Source of the DNA: Amphiscolops sp. MND2022
Taxonomy: Eukaryota
NCBI GenBank assembly: GCA_964187785.1
Contig: OZ076409.1
Span: 99,884,001-99,948,000 of the forward strand
Direction: 5' to 3'
Length of the DNA stretch: 64,000 nt
Numbering within the stretch: position 1 is the first letter of the stretch; the number at the start of each line of letters is the position of its first letter. Both the position numbers and the translations under genes were made by a program. Below, piece by piece: positions 36,701 to 49,933 of the stretch. The notes under the pieces are model-generated. The model was not told the origin of the DNA, searched no databases, and saw nothing but the letters and a program-made list of their open reading frames with translations.

Positions 36701-38304
36701 TATGAGTCATAATATGACTTGTATTTTGTGAGGATAGTAACAGAAGAGCAGGTTTCATCAAAGTGCCATACTTCAAAAAACATGATTTCCATAAGAGGGC
36801 CATACTTAAAAAACATGGTATCCATAGAATGACCATACTTGAAAACATGGTTTCCATGAAAGGGTCATATTTGAAAACATGGTTTCCATGAAAGGGCCAT
36901 ACTTGAAAGCATGGTTTTTTTTTAAAAGGGCCATACAGTTATATGAAATCATGCAATCCATACAATGATCATATATGGAAAACATTAAAGTCATAACAAG
37001 AACATAAAATGTTTTCTATGTTTAATATATGGAAACCTTTTATGGTTTGCATGTCAGGTCAACCTTCGTAAACTTGGTGGGACTACACTGCAACATTCAC
37101 TGTTGAAACTCAATTCGAAAACACTTTTAGCTTCGTAACCGACACGATCACGTTGCACTCGCTCTTTGATTTCGCAACTACTCATCTGGTGTAACCACCG
37201 CTTCTCAAATAGCACGCTTAAAATGACCCTGGTTTGAACTTCTTAATGGGGAATGGCGTCAATTCGCATTGAAATGGTGGTAAATGGATATAATCGCCGC
37301 TACATTAAAGAATAAAACTGCTTCCTAATGGAACCAGCAAAACCTTGAAACTTCGAATGTTAAGATGTTTCCTTGATAAAAGCTGGGTACAAGAAAGTTT
37401 CAGCGCATGAAAGTGTATGAAACAGTTTTTTTAAACAATAGTTAATTAATATTGTTCACAACCTTCAAAAACATGGGAAAAAGTCGAGTAGTTTGAACAA
37501 TTGGTTTCGCGAATGCATAGTGAACTTTCCAACAGTATTTATTGAGAAAAATTTATCAAAAAAATTGGTTCCTCTTGAATCAATCTAAAGCTACTCAACT
37601 TCAAATGAGACCCATTCCGAATAAATGTAGAAAAAAAATTAGAGGAAACGTTAAACAAAGTATTTAGAAATTAACATAAATCCATCTATTGTCACTTTCA
37701 AGTCATCATATTCGAACGATGCATCCAAAAGCCAAAACTTTTGAAATTGGTTCTGAAAAAAAACGAAAGTGGAAAAAAGTATTTATTGCATATTTTTGAA
37801 TTATGAACAAAAATGGATAAATTGTTTCTTTAATAACTTTCGTTGTATTCTTACAACTATTCGGCGCTGGAGGGAAGCCTGAAAGTTGGCATCATTCGAG
37901 GTAAGAAAATGGTGTAAGACAAAAGTTATGATCTTTTGACAAATTTACTATCAAATGAGCACCTTGTTACAAATTACGAGTCTTGGAATTATTTAACACT
38001 AAAATGTTTTTGTGTATTATACAAACAAGATTTCCGACGGAGTTGATTGGAGTCCCAAATAATAATGTGCATCTGGAGAGTGGATTAGAGGATTGAGGAT
38101 TTCTCCAATAAACGTTGTAGCGAGCAGCAATATCTTGCAACTACTGAGTTTGTCGAAATCCCATGTAAGCATCCAGTATACGTGGCACTCGCGGGAAAAT
38201 TAGTATAATATAATCCGTTTGTCAAGCTCCGCCGTGTTCGTGCTGCAAGAAGTTTTGAATCAGTTTTTTGTGACCATAGGTTTCTGAGTTTTCCAATTTC
38301 CATT

Positions 38305-38533
38305 TTAGGAGCAATTGGTTCCGTGGATTTCCACTTCCTCCACGGGCCATGCAATTAGCTGGGTCTCGTTGTAGCTCCCGTAGTCTCCATAGCCGTCCAG
38401 ATAGCAATTTTCCACTTCCAGAGTGAAATTTACCATCCGGAACAAGGGTTTACAGAGGGTGTCATCTTTCCCCCTGGCCACAGCCACTCCATAATCGAAC
38501 TTGTCCCGGATTGTGCATAACAGCTCGGGGTAC
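38305..38533 (-). CDS. Candidate terminal exon of a host gene (extracellular-type sequence)
   Basis: TTTGCTTGCAG acceptor at 38534; YPELLCTIRDKFDYG...HGTNCS-stop; GC-richer than flanks; sequons NFT, NET, NCS. Confidence 0.45.
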
Positions 38534-38542
38534 CTGCAAGCA

Positions 38543-38750
38543 AACCAGGAACGTCATAAGTCGGTGCCCCACTTAAGGCTCAAAAATAGCAAAAAGACTA
38601 GCAAGTGTCAAGTATTCTTTTCCACAGTACACGAAAAACAAACCCAAAGGGGGACCGAACTGGCACGCTAAAAATGGGGACTCTTTGGGACTAACACCCA
38701 TTCTGTCGCAAAATAGCACAAAGCTTAAGGGACCCTTCGGAGACATTCGA
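38543..38750 (-). mobile_element. Fragment of same Helentron-like family
   Basis: AAGTCGGTGCC..TAAGGCTCAAAAATAGC motif. Confidence 0.5.
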
Positions 38751-39137
38751 CGTAGAGCGAAGTTGAATAATACACTTATGATACAGTTATGATATAAAAA
38801 TTAAACTAAAATCTGATGATGAAAATTTGTTTCAAAGCTGATTGAACAAAAAGGGTGGTGACTGTAATAACAAGAGATTGAAGTTTGTTGTTTTTGACCA
38901 GAGACCATAAACCATCCAATTATAGTGATTGATTTTGGATCATCAAAATTCCTCCTGCGAAAACTACAAACACTTGGGCATACATTTAGATAAGAAAATT
39001 GAATTTCGAAGTACACAATACCAATATCACTGGGAAACTTGCACGCCAGAGTTTGCACGCCAAAACTGCACGCAAATCTCAAATCATTATCCTTTTGTCA
39101 ACGGTGAACTGATCAATCTCCTCTACAACATATAAAA

Positions 39138-40301
39138 ACAAGCCAGGAACGGCCCAAGTTGGCCCCATATCTGAGGCTCAAAAATAGCAAAAGGGCTTCA
39201 ATGTGTCAAGTGTTCTCTTCTACAGTACCCGCGTGAGGAAAAAAATGAAAAAAGTTGCAATTTTTTTGAACTTTTTTTGTTTTTTTTTCGAATTTTTTTG
39301 GTCTCCGGTAAGTCGCATAGTGCCAAAAAATGTAAAAGGGGGGCATTTGGAAGTTTTTAAACATCCATTATTTGCAAAATAAATAAAAAAAATGAGGGGA
39401 GGACCCTTTGAAGACATTTGAAAAATTTGCGAAAAGAAGTCTCACCAAGCCGAAAAAAAACTGCACAAAGCGTTTTTGTTATGGGCGGAACTCGAACCCA
39501 CGTCTTTCTGCTTGGCAGATATCAAAAACTATCCTAATTAACCTCTATTCTATGTGGCAGTAGAAGTTACAAGTGTGGCAGTTAGTGGAGGCAGCTTAAA
39601 AAGCTTATGAAATCTGTCACTTTGTTGGTCTTGAAAAGCGCCAACTAACCAACCGGGAACAGCCCAAGTCGGCGCCGTATTCAAGGCTCAGAAATAGCAA
39701 AAGGACTTCAAAATGTCAAGTATTCTCTTCTACAGTACCCGAGTGAGGAAAAAATTGAAAAAAAACTGATTTTTTTAAAGTTTTTTTTCGATTTTTTTTG
39801 GTTTCCGGTAAGTCGCATAGTGGCGAAACATTTAAAAGGGGACCATTTGGGAGTTTTTAAACATCCATTTATTTGCAAAATAGAAGAAAAAAAATAGAGG
39901 GGAGACCTTTTGGATACATTAAATAAAACTTGCGAAAAATAGTCTCAAAAAGTCGAAAAAACCGCACAAAAAACTTTTGGTCATAGGCGGGACTCGAACC
40001 CGTCCTTCTGCCTGGCAGACCTCAAAAACTCCTCCAAACAATCAGAAACACAAAAGAAGCTACATTAGTGTGGCAGTTAGTGAAGGCCAGCTTATAAAGC
40101 TTATAAAATCTGTCATTTCGTTGGTTTTAAAAACAAGCCGGGAACGGCCCAAGTCGGCGCCATATCTAAAGCTCAAAAATAGCGAAAAGACTTCAAATTG
40201 TCAAGTATTCTCTTCTACAGTACCCGCATGAGGAAAAAATTGTAAAAAAATTCGAAATGTTTTTTCAAATTTTTTTGGTCCCCGGTAAGTCGCATAGTGC
40301 C
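39138..40301 (-). repeat. Tandem ~500-bp copies of Helentron-like element end, running into the gap
   Basis: Motif (A)CCGGGAACGGCCCAAGTCGGCGCC recurs near 39138, 39651 and 40133. Confidence 0.8.
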
Positions 40302-40501
40302 NNNNNNNNNNNNNNNNNNNNNNNNNNNNNNNNNNNNNNNNNNNNNNNNNNNNNNNNNNNNNNNNNNNNNNNNNNNNNNNNNNNNNNNNNNNNNNNNNNN
40401 NNNNNNNNNNNNNNNNNNNNNNNNNNNNNNNNNNNNNNNNNNNNNNNNNNNNNNNNNNNNNNNNNNNNNNNNNNNNNNNNNNNNNNNNNNNNNNNNNNNN
40501 N
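40302..40501. other. Assembly gap (200 N)
   Basis: Run of N. Confidence 1.
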
Positions 40502-43500
40502 ATTTCAATTTGATTTGTATGGTTGGAATTAAGGAAATAATTTTCACGAATGTCTTTCAAAGAAAGAACAGAAGAAGAAAAACATTTGCTTAATTCCAAC
40601 ATACAAATCAAATTGAAATTCGAAACATGAGCAGCGACTCTGAAAGTCTTGCAAGAGACAGTCGCATGCATTCAATCTTCGTGTCAAACTTCCTACGTAA
40701 CGTTCGCGAGAACTTTCTTCCCAAACGTTAAGTAATAGATTCGACACGAAGATGACGTAACCAAACGTAAAAAACACGCAGCGTGCGTCGAGTACAAAAT
40801 GACTCCTCGGCCGGTACTAGACTTTTTTCGTTGACAAAACTGATGCTCCAACGAAACTGGAGCGGCCTTTGCCATTGTGCCAAGCAACAGCGGAGTTTGA
40901 AAGAAGGCACTTTTGCCAGTGACAAGGTAGCCCATAGCACAAAACCCATTTCTCTTGCCTTATATCCTTTTAGTGGGAACTGCCGTTATCCAGGTTTGAA
41001 CCTCAGCATATCCTAAATCTTTGATAGTATTTGTGCAAAAACTACTTTTTTGGCGAATTGATCTTTCAACAAGAAAAATGTATTTTTCTACATGTGTGCT
41101 TTCATCGAATGTTAAACGTGGATAATATTTGCTTGATTCCAAAACACAAAAAAAATTGAAAGTGAAAAAGCGAGTAACAACTTTTGCAAGTGACACTCCC
41201 GAAGATTCAATGGTTCAAAATGACAAAGACGTAGATGCTTTAATGCATCTCAAGATTACTGTTGTAGAGTTGTACAAACGGCTGTTTTCTAGGCTTGACC
41301 AAAGTCTACAAATTGGCAACAATTTGCAAGACTGGATTGATGATATGCTATGAAGTATGACGACAATGATATAAAAAGAACGTAGACAACGTAGAATATG
41401 AAAAGAACAAAAATAACAGTAAAATCGATAAAGCAATTTCAAAAAACCTAACTTTTATTACGTTTTGCCTTTTCAAGCCGCGAGACTATTTCAAACTGTT
41501 GAGCAAGCGTTTTTACAGTCTTCAAATTTGCAGGATGTTTTTGATGGATGAAATTTTATTTTAAAAAGTCTGTTCAGAGTAGACATACTGCGCGAGTAAT
41601 GTTGGAGGAGAGAAAATTGCTTTGAAGACTATTGCAATCTCCCTGAACAGGAGGGGAGTTGAAGACATCAACAATCACAGTGGTATCTATTCCATAACCC
41701 GTTAACGCCGTCACCGAGTTCAAACCTCCATTTACCCGTGCAACTAGTAACAAAGGAATCTTTCGCGCAACCGACTACTCCAACCAGACCTTGAATAAAA
41801 CATTCGCTGCAGCCTTTTCAAAGAAAACTCACAATGACTATATCTGCACCAGGGAGAATGTTGAAACAAGTTCGAAAAAAAATGTTTTAACTGAATTCAT
41901 TTCTGAGGAGCGTTCAAACTGTCCAGCAATTTTCCTGGTTTGTCAATCCCACCATCCATCGCCTGAGCTCGTAAACAACCCTTGAGCAAATGCAGTACGA
42001 ATTCGTAAGGGCTTGGATTTTGTTTGATGTAAAATGTCCTTTACATGTTTTTACTGCTGTGTAAAAGATTTAGCCCTCTGAGTGAAATTTTGACTTGGAC
42101 TGAAAACGGTTGCTATACGCACACTACTGTAGAATCAACACCAGTGTCCCAAAAAAATTTTAGTCGCGTGTGACATTCATACAATCCTCCAAACACGTTC
42201 TTCCCGCTCTCCGAATGAAAATTGGAAGAAAAAAAACAAACAATGTATTTTAGAACACACTTGCCTAACATTTTTGCAGAAAAATAGTATTTCGTTTATC
42301 ATTTGGCTAAAACTTGTTTGCTCTTACAAAAACATGAGAAATAAACGTATCGACACTTATCCAAAGAGAAATTGAAAAAAATAAAGTAGATTCCATAATA
42401 TTCACTCGTTTCTCAAGAAATATATCTTTTAGATTATGATTTTGTACTCAACTTATAATAAAGTGATACTTTTTTTCAAAAATCAAATAATCTGACTCAT
42501 GAACTCTTTTTTACCTTCATGGTATCAATTTTACCCTATGAATAATTGACATATCTTGAATGTTTTGAATAAACATGTGAAATGAACCAGTGACAACTTT
42601 TTAAAATAATTTGATTGAAAAACAATGAAGGCTCTGATGAAAGTGAAAACTGTCTCTTAATCGGGATTGATATGATTATTGTTTTGAAGATTTTGATGAA
42701 GAGTATTTCACAACTTCAATTTTCGAAAGTATTTTTTGTAGTAAGAAACTTTCTAGTTTTGAAGAATCAAAGTGTTTGTTCACACAGAATAATTCTTCTT
42801 CCGATATCAATTTTTAAAGGAATCTCTCAGTAGAATTCTTTTTGATGTACCTTATTTTTTAGAAATTTAACCAAAACGTTTGCAATTTGAAAGACGAAAT
42901 GACCGATATTTGAAAACAAAACAAAAGCAGGATCTCTTGAACAATATGAAGACGTGAGCAATATGAAAGCGAGGAACACGTTTCGAATCTGAAGTTTTTT
43001 CATTCCTCGAGCATAATTTGAAATAATTAAATTCTGTGTTGTTGTTGATTTTATGCATGATGGCAATCAGAGATTGACAGATCAGTTCCTTTTACCGGAT
43101 ACCATGCACCCAAACGACCAATCACAAACAAGACAAAACCCATTCCTTCCAGGAAAGCCTGAAAAACGTTGAAGAACCGAACTTTGGAAGAGAACGGGTT
43201 GGAATGGAACTTATTCAAGATATAGTATTTTGAAAGGATCATCAAGCTGTAATCCTGAATTTTTTTTTCTTCAAATACTGAACCAATCCAAGTTAAATTG
43301 GATATCTTTTTGTTGTGAAAAAAATTTCTTTTAACCGTCTGTTAATTGATGATTGTATATGTTTTGTATTAGCTTGCGTTTCTTTTCATTGATTAGCAGA
43401 TAAATACAAAGTCAATTCAAATCTCAGTGCCGAAAAATACCCCAAAGGATACACATAAGGCTCGGAAACCACAGTTTCCCCAACTGGAATTACAAAAGAT

Positions 43501-44195
43501 CTTTTTTTGAAAATTAATTCGATTTTTTTTTCGGGAAAGTCTCATAGTGCCGAAAAAGGAACTTCCAGCTTAGAAACTACTTTCCGAGTAGTACTACAAG
43601 CCAAAAACAGATAGGAAAGCAGGAACATACCCTTTAATCAAATGAAAGTTTCGGAAAAAACGCACAGAGTCAAAACAGCCCAAAGAATGATAAATAAGTG
43701 GAGATAAAACAGCTGTTTGATTATACTGAAAATAATATGGTCTCACAGTGCCAAAAAAACCAGAAGGGGATTCCTCGGCTTCAGTTGAATTTGTATCAAC
43801 TCTGAATATCTTGAGAATCAAAGGAGGGACCCTTTTGTATTATTAAAAAACCTCTCCCACAAACGGCATTTCCAGTACACGTTATATCCAGAATCCGTTA
43901 TAACCGGTTGGCCGTAAATCTTGTTGTGTGCTTGACGAAGGAGACTCCTTTACATTTCAAGTGCAGGATGTACATTGCCCAAAGGGACTTTACCAAAATT
44001 GAAGAAATTTTACTAGAATTGTTTTTGGAAAACCATGACTATAGTCGCTCTTTTCTAAAGAAAAACGCTGTCAAACCAATTTGTTTGTCAAGAATATTTC
44101 CAGATTCTTTTCAAATTGGGCGTAATTGAAGCACGTCATATTTTGAATGAAACAATTGAACCATTTTTTGATCATATATTTTTTGAACCATATTA

Positions 44196-46950
44196 GATCT
44201 ATCTTTCAATATACAGTACCATACTATAAGTCTGAAGTAGCTAAGATTCAATGAACATAGACGTGTAGGACTTATATTGGATCTATCATTCTATATAGAG
44301 TACAATACTTTACGTCTAAGGTAGGTAAGATTCAATGAAAACGGTCGTTTGGGACATATATTTGATATATCTTTCAATATACAGTCCCATTCTGTACGTC
44401 TAAAGTAGCAAAGATTCAATTAACACGATCGTATAGGTTTTATATTCGATCAATCTTTCAATATACAGTACCATACTAAAGGTCTAAAGTAGCTAAGGTT
44501 CTATGAACAAAGTTGTATAGGAGTTATCTTTGATCTATCTTTCAATTTACAGTACCATACTATGGATTAAAGTAGCTAAGATTCATTGAATACAGCTGTA
44601 AAGAAATTGTATTCGATCTATCTTTCAATATACAGTACAAAACTATAGGTCTAAAGTAGCTAAGATTCAATTAACACCATCGTATAGGTTTTATATTCGA
44701 TCGATCTTTCAATATACAGTACCATAATATAGCTCTAAAGTGGCTACAATTTAATGAACAAAGTTGTATAGGACTCATATTCGACCTATATTTCATTTTA
44801 CAGTACCATTCTATAGGATTAAAGTAGCTAAGATTCATTGAACACAGCTGTAAAGAACTTGTATTCGATCTATCTTTCAATATACAGTACAAAACTATAG
44901 GTCTAATGTAGCTAAGATTCAATTAACACGATCGTATAGCTTTTATAAGCGATCAATCTTTCAATATACAGTACCATACTATAAGTCTGAAGTAGCTAAG
45001 ATTCAATGAACAGGGTCGTATATGTTTTATATTTGATCTCTTTTTCAATATACAGTACCAAACTATAAGTCTGAAGTAGCTAAGATTCATTGAACACAGC
45101 TGTAAAGAACTTGTATTCGATCTATTTTTCAATATACAGTACAAAACTATAGGTCTAATGTAGCTAAGATTCAATTAACACGTTCGTATAGCTTTTATAA
45201 GCGATCAATCTTTCAATATACAGTACCATAATATAAGTCTGAAGTAGCTAAGATTCAATGAACAGGGTCGTATATGTTTTATATTTGATCTATTTTTCAA
45301 TATACAGTACCATACTAAAAGTCTGAAGTAGCTAAGATTCAATGAACATAGACGTGTAGGACTTATATTGGATGTATCATTCTATATAGAGTACAATACT
45401 TTACGTTTAAGGTAGGTAAGATTCAATGAAAACGCTCGTATAGGACTCATATTTGATCTATCTTTCAATATACAGTACCATACTAAAGGTCTAAAGTAGC
45501 TAAGATTTTGTGAACAAAGTTGTATAGGACTCATATTCGATCTATCTTTCCTTTCACAGTACCATACTCTAGGATTAAAGTAGCTAAGATTCATTGAACA
45601 CAGCTGTAAAGAACTTGTATTTGATCTATTTTTCAATATACAGTACAATACTATAGGTCTAATGTAGCTAAGATTCAATTAACACCATCGTATAGGTTTT
45701 ATATTCGATCGATCTTTCAATACATAGTACCATGATATAGCTCTAAAGTAGCTACGAACAATGAAAAAGTACCATACTATAGGATTAATGTAGCTAAGGT
45801 TCAATTAACACGATCGTATAGCTTTTATAAGCGATCAATCTTTCAATATACAGTATCATAATATAGGTCTAAAGTAGCCGAGATTCGATGAACAGGGTCG
45901 TATATGTTTTATACTTGATCTATCTTTCAATATACAGTCCCATACTATAAGTCTGAAGTAGCTAAGATTCAATGAACATAGACGTATAGGACTTATATTG
46001 GATCTATCATTCTATATAGAGTACAATACTTTACGTCTAAGGTAGGTACGATTCGATGAAAACGGTCGTATAGGACTCATATTTGATCTATCTTTCGATA
46101 TAGAGTACTGTAAGATAGGTCTGAAGTAGCTAAGATTTAATAAACAAAGTTGTATAGGACTCATATTTGATCTATCTTTCAAATTACAGAACCTTACTTT
46201 AGGATTAAAGTAGTTAAGATTCGTTGAACACAGCTGTAAAGGACTTATAATTGATCTATCTTCCAACATACCGTACCATACTATAGGTCTAAAGTAGCGG
46301 AGATTCGATGAACAGGGTCGTATATGTTTTATATTCGATCTATCTTTCTATATACAGTACCATACTATAAGTTTAAAGAAGCTAAAATTCATTGAACATA
46401 GGCGTATAAAACTTTTCTTGGATCTATCGGTCAATATACAGTACAATACTATACGTCTAAGGTAGCTAAGATTCGATGAACAAGATCGTATAGCTATTAT
46501 ATTTGAACAATCTTTCAACATACAGTACCGTACTATAGGTCTAAAGTAGCTAAGATTCGATGAACAGGGTCGTATATAATTTATATTCGATCTGTCTTTC
46601 TATATACAGTACCATACTATAAGTTTAAATTAGCTAAGAATCAATGACAATAGGCGTATAGGACTTATATTGGATCTATCAGTCGAAATACATTACAATA
46701 CTATAAGTCTAAAGTAGCTAAGATTCAATGAACATAGGCGTATACAACTTATATTGGATCTATCATTCAATATACAGTACAATACTATACGTCTAAGTAG
46801 CTAAGATTCGATGAACATGGTCGTGTAGGACTTATCTTCGATCTATATTTCAATATACAGTACAATACTGTAGGGCTAAAGTAGCTAAGATTCAATGAAC
46901 ACAGTCGCGTAGAACTTATATTCGATTTTTATTTCGAAATACGGTATATT
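44196..46950. repeat. 84-bp satellite array (~33 monomers)
   Basis: GATCTATCTTTCAATATACAGTAC-type motif recurs at 44196, 44280, 44364, 44448 and onward. Confidence 0.95.
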
Positions 46951-48216
46951 ACTATAGGATCTCCGTAGAGATCCTAGTAGAAAATAGTAGCTATTTCAGG
47001 GGCTACTCTGCGCATTTGTAAAAAATGCCCTTATTTCGTGTCCGGCACTTCGTTTTTCAACACTGTGAAAACTCTTTCAGTCTTCGATACATGAGAAAAA
47101 GTATACTTTTTACAGCATTTCATCATCTTTTTCCGTCAATTTCTATAGCAATTTTCACAATTTGCAGGTCACATTTCCATGTTACTCGGTGTGAAAATAT
47201 GGCGTTGTGTAAAGGTGGAGATATTTTTGGCGGTTGATGGTTGGAATGATAAAGAATGTTATCCATTACGCAATTGAAGGTAACTTCGGGGAAATTTTAT
47301 CCATGGAAATCACGCATCAATAAAGGTCACTAGCATCAAAAGGAAGTAAGTAGAAGCACATTCATTTCAACGTTGGTAGATGAAAGCACCTTTTATTGAT
47401 CCTGTTTCCTTTTATCACGGCCGCAATTTCCATTCCTAACAAACTGCTCCTTCCATTTTTTTATTACTTTCCAGCACGCAAAGGTAAGGAAATTTCCTTT
47501 CATTGCCTGAAATAGAAACAAAAAAATTTCCAGGCTCGGATTTTTCAAGGTTGTGTATATTTGTTTCGGTTTCTAGTCGGCTCTCCGTGAGTGAGTATTT
47601 TTGACCTTCGGTTACGTCATTGTGTCGCCATCATGACGTCATTTGGAGTTCGCGTTATGACCATGTTTGGTTACTCACTCAACCCCCCCACCTATAATGC
47701 CGCGTACTTTTACTACTTATAGCGTATCTCAATACTTGTACTTCAGTGCCTATGGACAGAAAATACAATGCATTGTTTCTGATTCGAAACAAATTCTCGA
47801 TCAAAACAATTCAGTAGGTTCGGGAGTCTCATGGAGTCTCAGAATGAAAAAAAATCCAAAAATTCCAATTCTAAGCCACCCAATTTTCGAAAAAAACTCA
47901 AATTTCATTTGAAATTTTCTAAAATTTGCATTTTCAAACTTTTTCAGTATGGATCGTAGAAATTTCAAACAAACAGTTTTATGAACTAGATCAAATTCTA
48001 AGAAACTTTTGCTTTGGCAAACTTTTGTATTCGTGACAGTTTACAAGATATTTGGTTTTAAATTTTGCCATTTTAAACAATGAGGTTGCGATATTATAGA
48101 ACGCTACTGTATACATGTGATCAGCAAAGCCATTGTTACAATTGACTACTCATTGAAAAACAGAAAACTTCCGAGAATAGATGCATTTCTCGCAAAGGTT
48201 TTGCAAGTTAAAAATG

Positions 48217-48822
48217 AACAAGACGGGAACGTCTAAAGTCGGCGCTATATCTAAGGCTCAAAAAAGCACAATTTTTATATTTATTAAAGGGGGGACCCTT
48301 TCCACTTTTTGAAAATCCAGTCTGCAAAATATCAAAAAAGTTGAGGGGGGACCCTTGGGAGACATTTAAAAAATATAATTTTTTTTGGAAAAATTTTCGA
48401 AAAAAAAACGAAAAATGAGATTTTTGAAACAGTCTCATAGTGCCGAAAAACTAGAATAGGGGGACCCTTTGGGCTTTTTGAAATTTCAGTTTGCTACAAA
48501 ATATCAAAAAACTTGAAGGGGGACCCTTTGGCGACAAAAAAAATTCGAAAAAAAGTCGCACAGTGCCGAAAAAATTGAAAGAGTTACACAGTGCCGAAAA
48601 AAATTGGTCGAAAAAGTTTCTGGCTAAAGCAAGGACTCGAACCCGTGACCGCTAGGTACACCGTAAACCGAGTACCGACGAGTACATGTGAGCGAGAGTG
48701 AAGTCTGTAAAAAGTGGTACATACGCGATGAGGTCTGTGGTCTGACGAAAAAAAAAAGAAATAAAAAAAACTAGCCACTGTAAGAGTCGGGCACTTTTCA
48801 CTAGAAAAGCGCCGACTAAAAA
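48217..48822 (-). mobile_element. DINE-1/Helentron-like non-autonomous repeat with internal B-box
   Basis: AGTCGGCGC near left end, GCGCCGACT plus hairpin at right end; minus-strand GGTTCGAGTCC at 48633-48643. Confidence 0.7.
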
Positions 48823-49933
48823 TATATATGTCACTCAAGTTTCTTACAGAAAGTGTGAGACAACCACTCAGCACCGAGATAGTCTGTATCCTGAAGTACC
48901 TTAGCGACGGCATATCCTTGAAGCTCGAGAGTAACCAACTCTGGTTGAACTGCTTGAACTTTCAATAGGTTTTGAAGGTTTGAAAGTGTTCATGATTTTT
49001 AAAAAACGTTCTCAGATAAACTTCCTTGCCTTAAATTTTTTACACTTTTTACGCTGCCTGAAAGATGTATATAGACTTTGGCACGAATTCGGAGCAATAA
49101 AATTATATTGAAAATAATTGTTCTTTTTTGTTTAACAAATTTTAATGTATTGTTATAATTATCAACTTTGTGGATTTTTATATTTTTGAAAATATCCAAA
49201 AAAGCATGAAACTGTCGATATTTGAATTTTTGCTTTTTCGGAATCTTCTCGTTTCATTCAACTTTGTGTGATAGTTAATAAGATTGTTACAAAGATTCGT
49301 ACAAGAAATTCAAAAAGTTTTGTGAAGCGTATAATGTAAAAAAAGGAAGCTCTTGGCAAATGTTCCAAGATATTTTGAAATTATTTTGGGCGGACACTTT
49401 TTCAATTGGGTTCAAAGATATCCACTAAAACGTATGCGAAGCTCTTCCCATTGTTTTTGAATTCCGTGAAAAAAATCAGGTTATAAAATATCAGTTTGGG
49501 TAGAAAATGCAAAACTTGGCTAGAAGCGACTGAGGGTTGAATTTTTCTTCTTCTAGCTATGATATCTCAAGCTCAAGATGAACAATTTTGAAGGCATAAA
49601 TTTTTAGGGCTAGTTTTCTTTCTTCGGACAACAAATCGTCACAGCAAAAACTTACAGGTTTTGCATCGAGTCACAACGATCACCTACGGTATTTTTCGTT
49701 TAAAAACAGAATCAAAAACAAAATTTCACATTGCGATTCAGGCATTTTTGTAAGTTTTTGAAATTTGTTCAGCTATATCTCGAAAACTACTGCTGAGAAC
49801 AAAAAACGCCCGGGATCAATTTTGTAGTCTTGACACCGTTCTTCAACTTTTATTGTTGGCACTTTTTGGAACAACTTGGTTATATCAGTATAAATATCAG
49901 GAAACCGCAGCATTATATTTCAGCAACAGACTT

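Larger units (their letters stand above)
28049..37482. repeat. Tandem triplication of a ~3.15-kb segment
   Basis: Units 28049-31205, 31206-34318, 34319-37482; near-identical; unit 2 lacks ~50 bp near 31799. Confidence 0.97.

Noticed and set aside
40201..40671. ORFs spanning the N run
   Set aside because: Artefacts of the assembly gap.
40700..42000. Coding-looking fragments after the gap
   Set aside because: Short, interrupted frames with no recognisable motif or consistent splice structure.
44671..46269. 28-aa periodic Cys-containing ORFs as a C2H2 zinc-finger array or LRR protein
   Set aside because: No C-x2-C...H-x3-H pattern; stops and 83-bp monomers break the frame; periodicity just reflects the 84-bp satellite.
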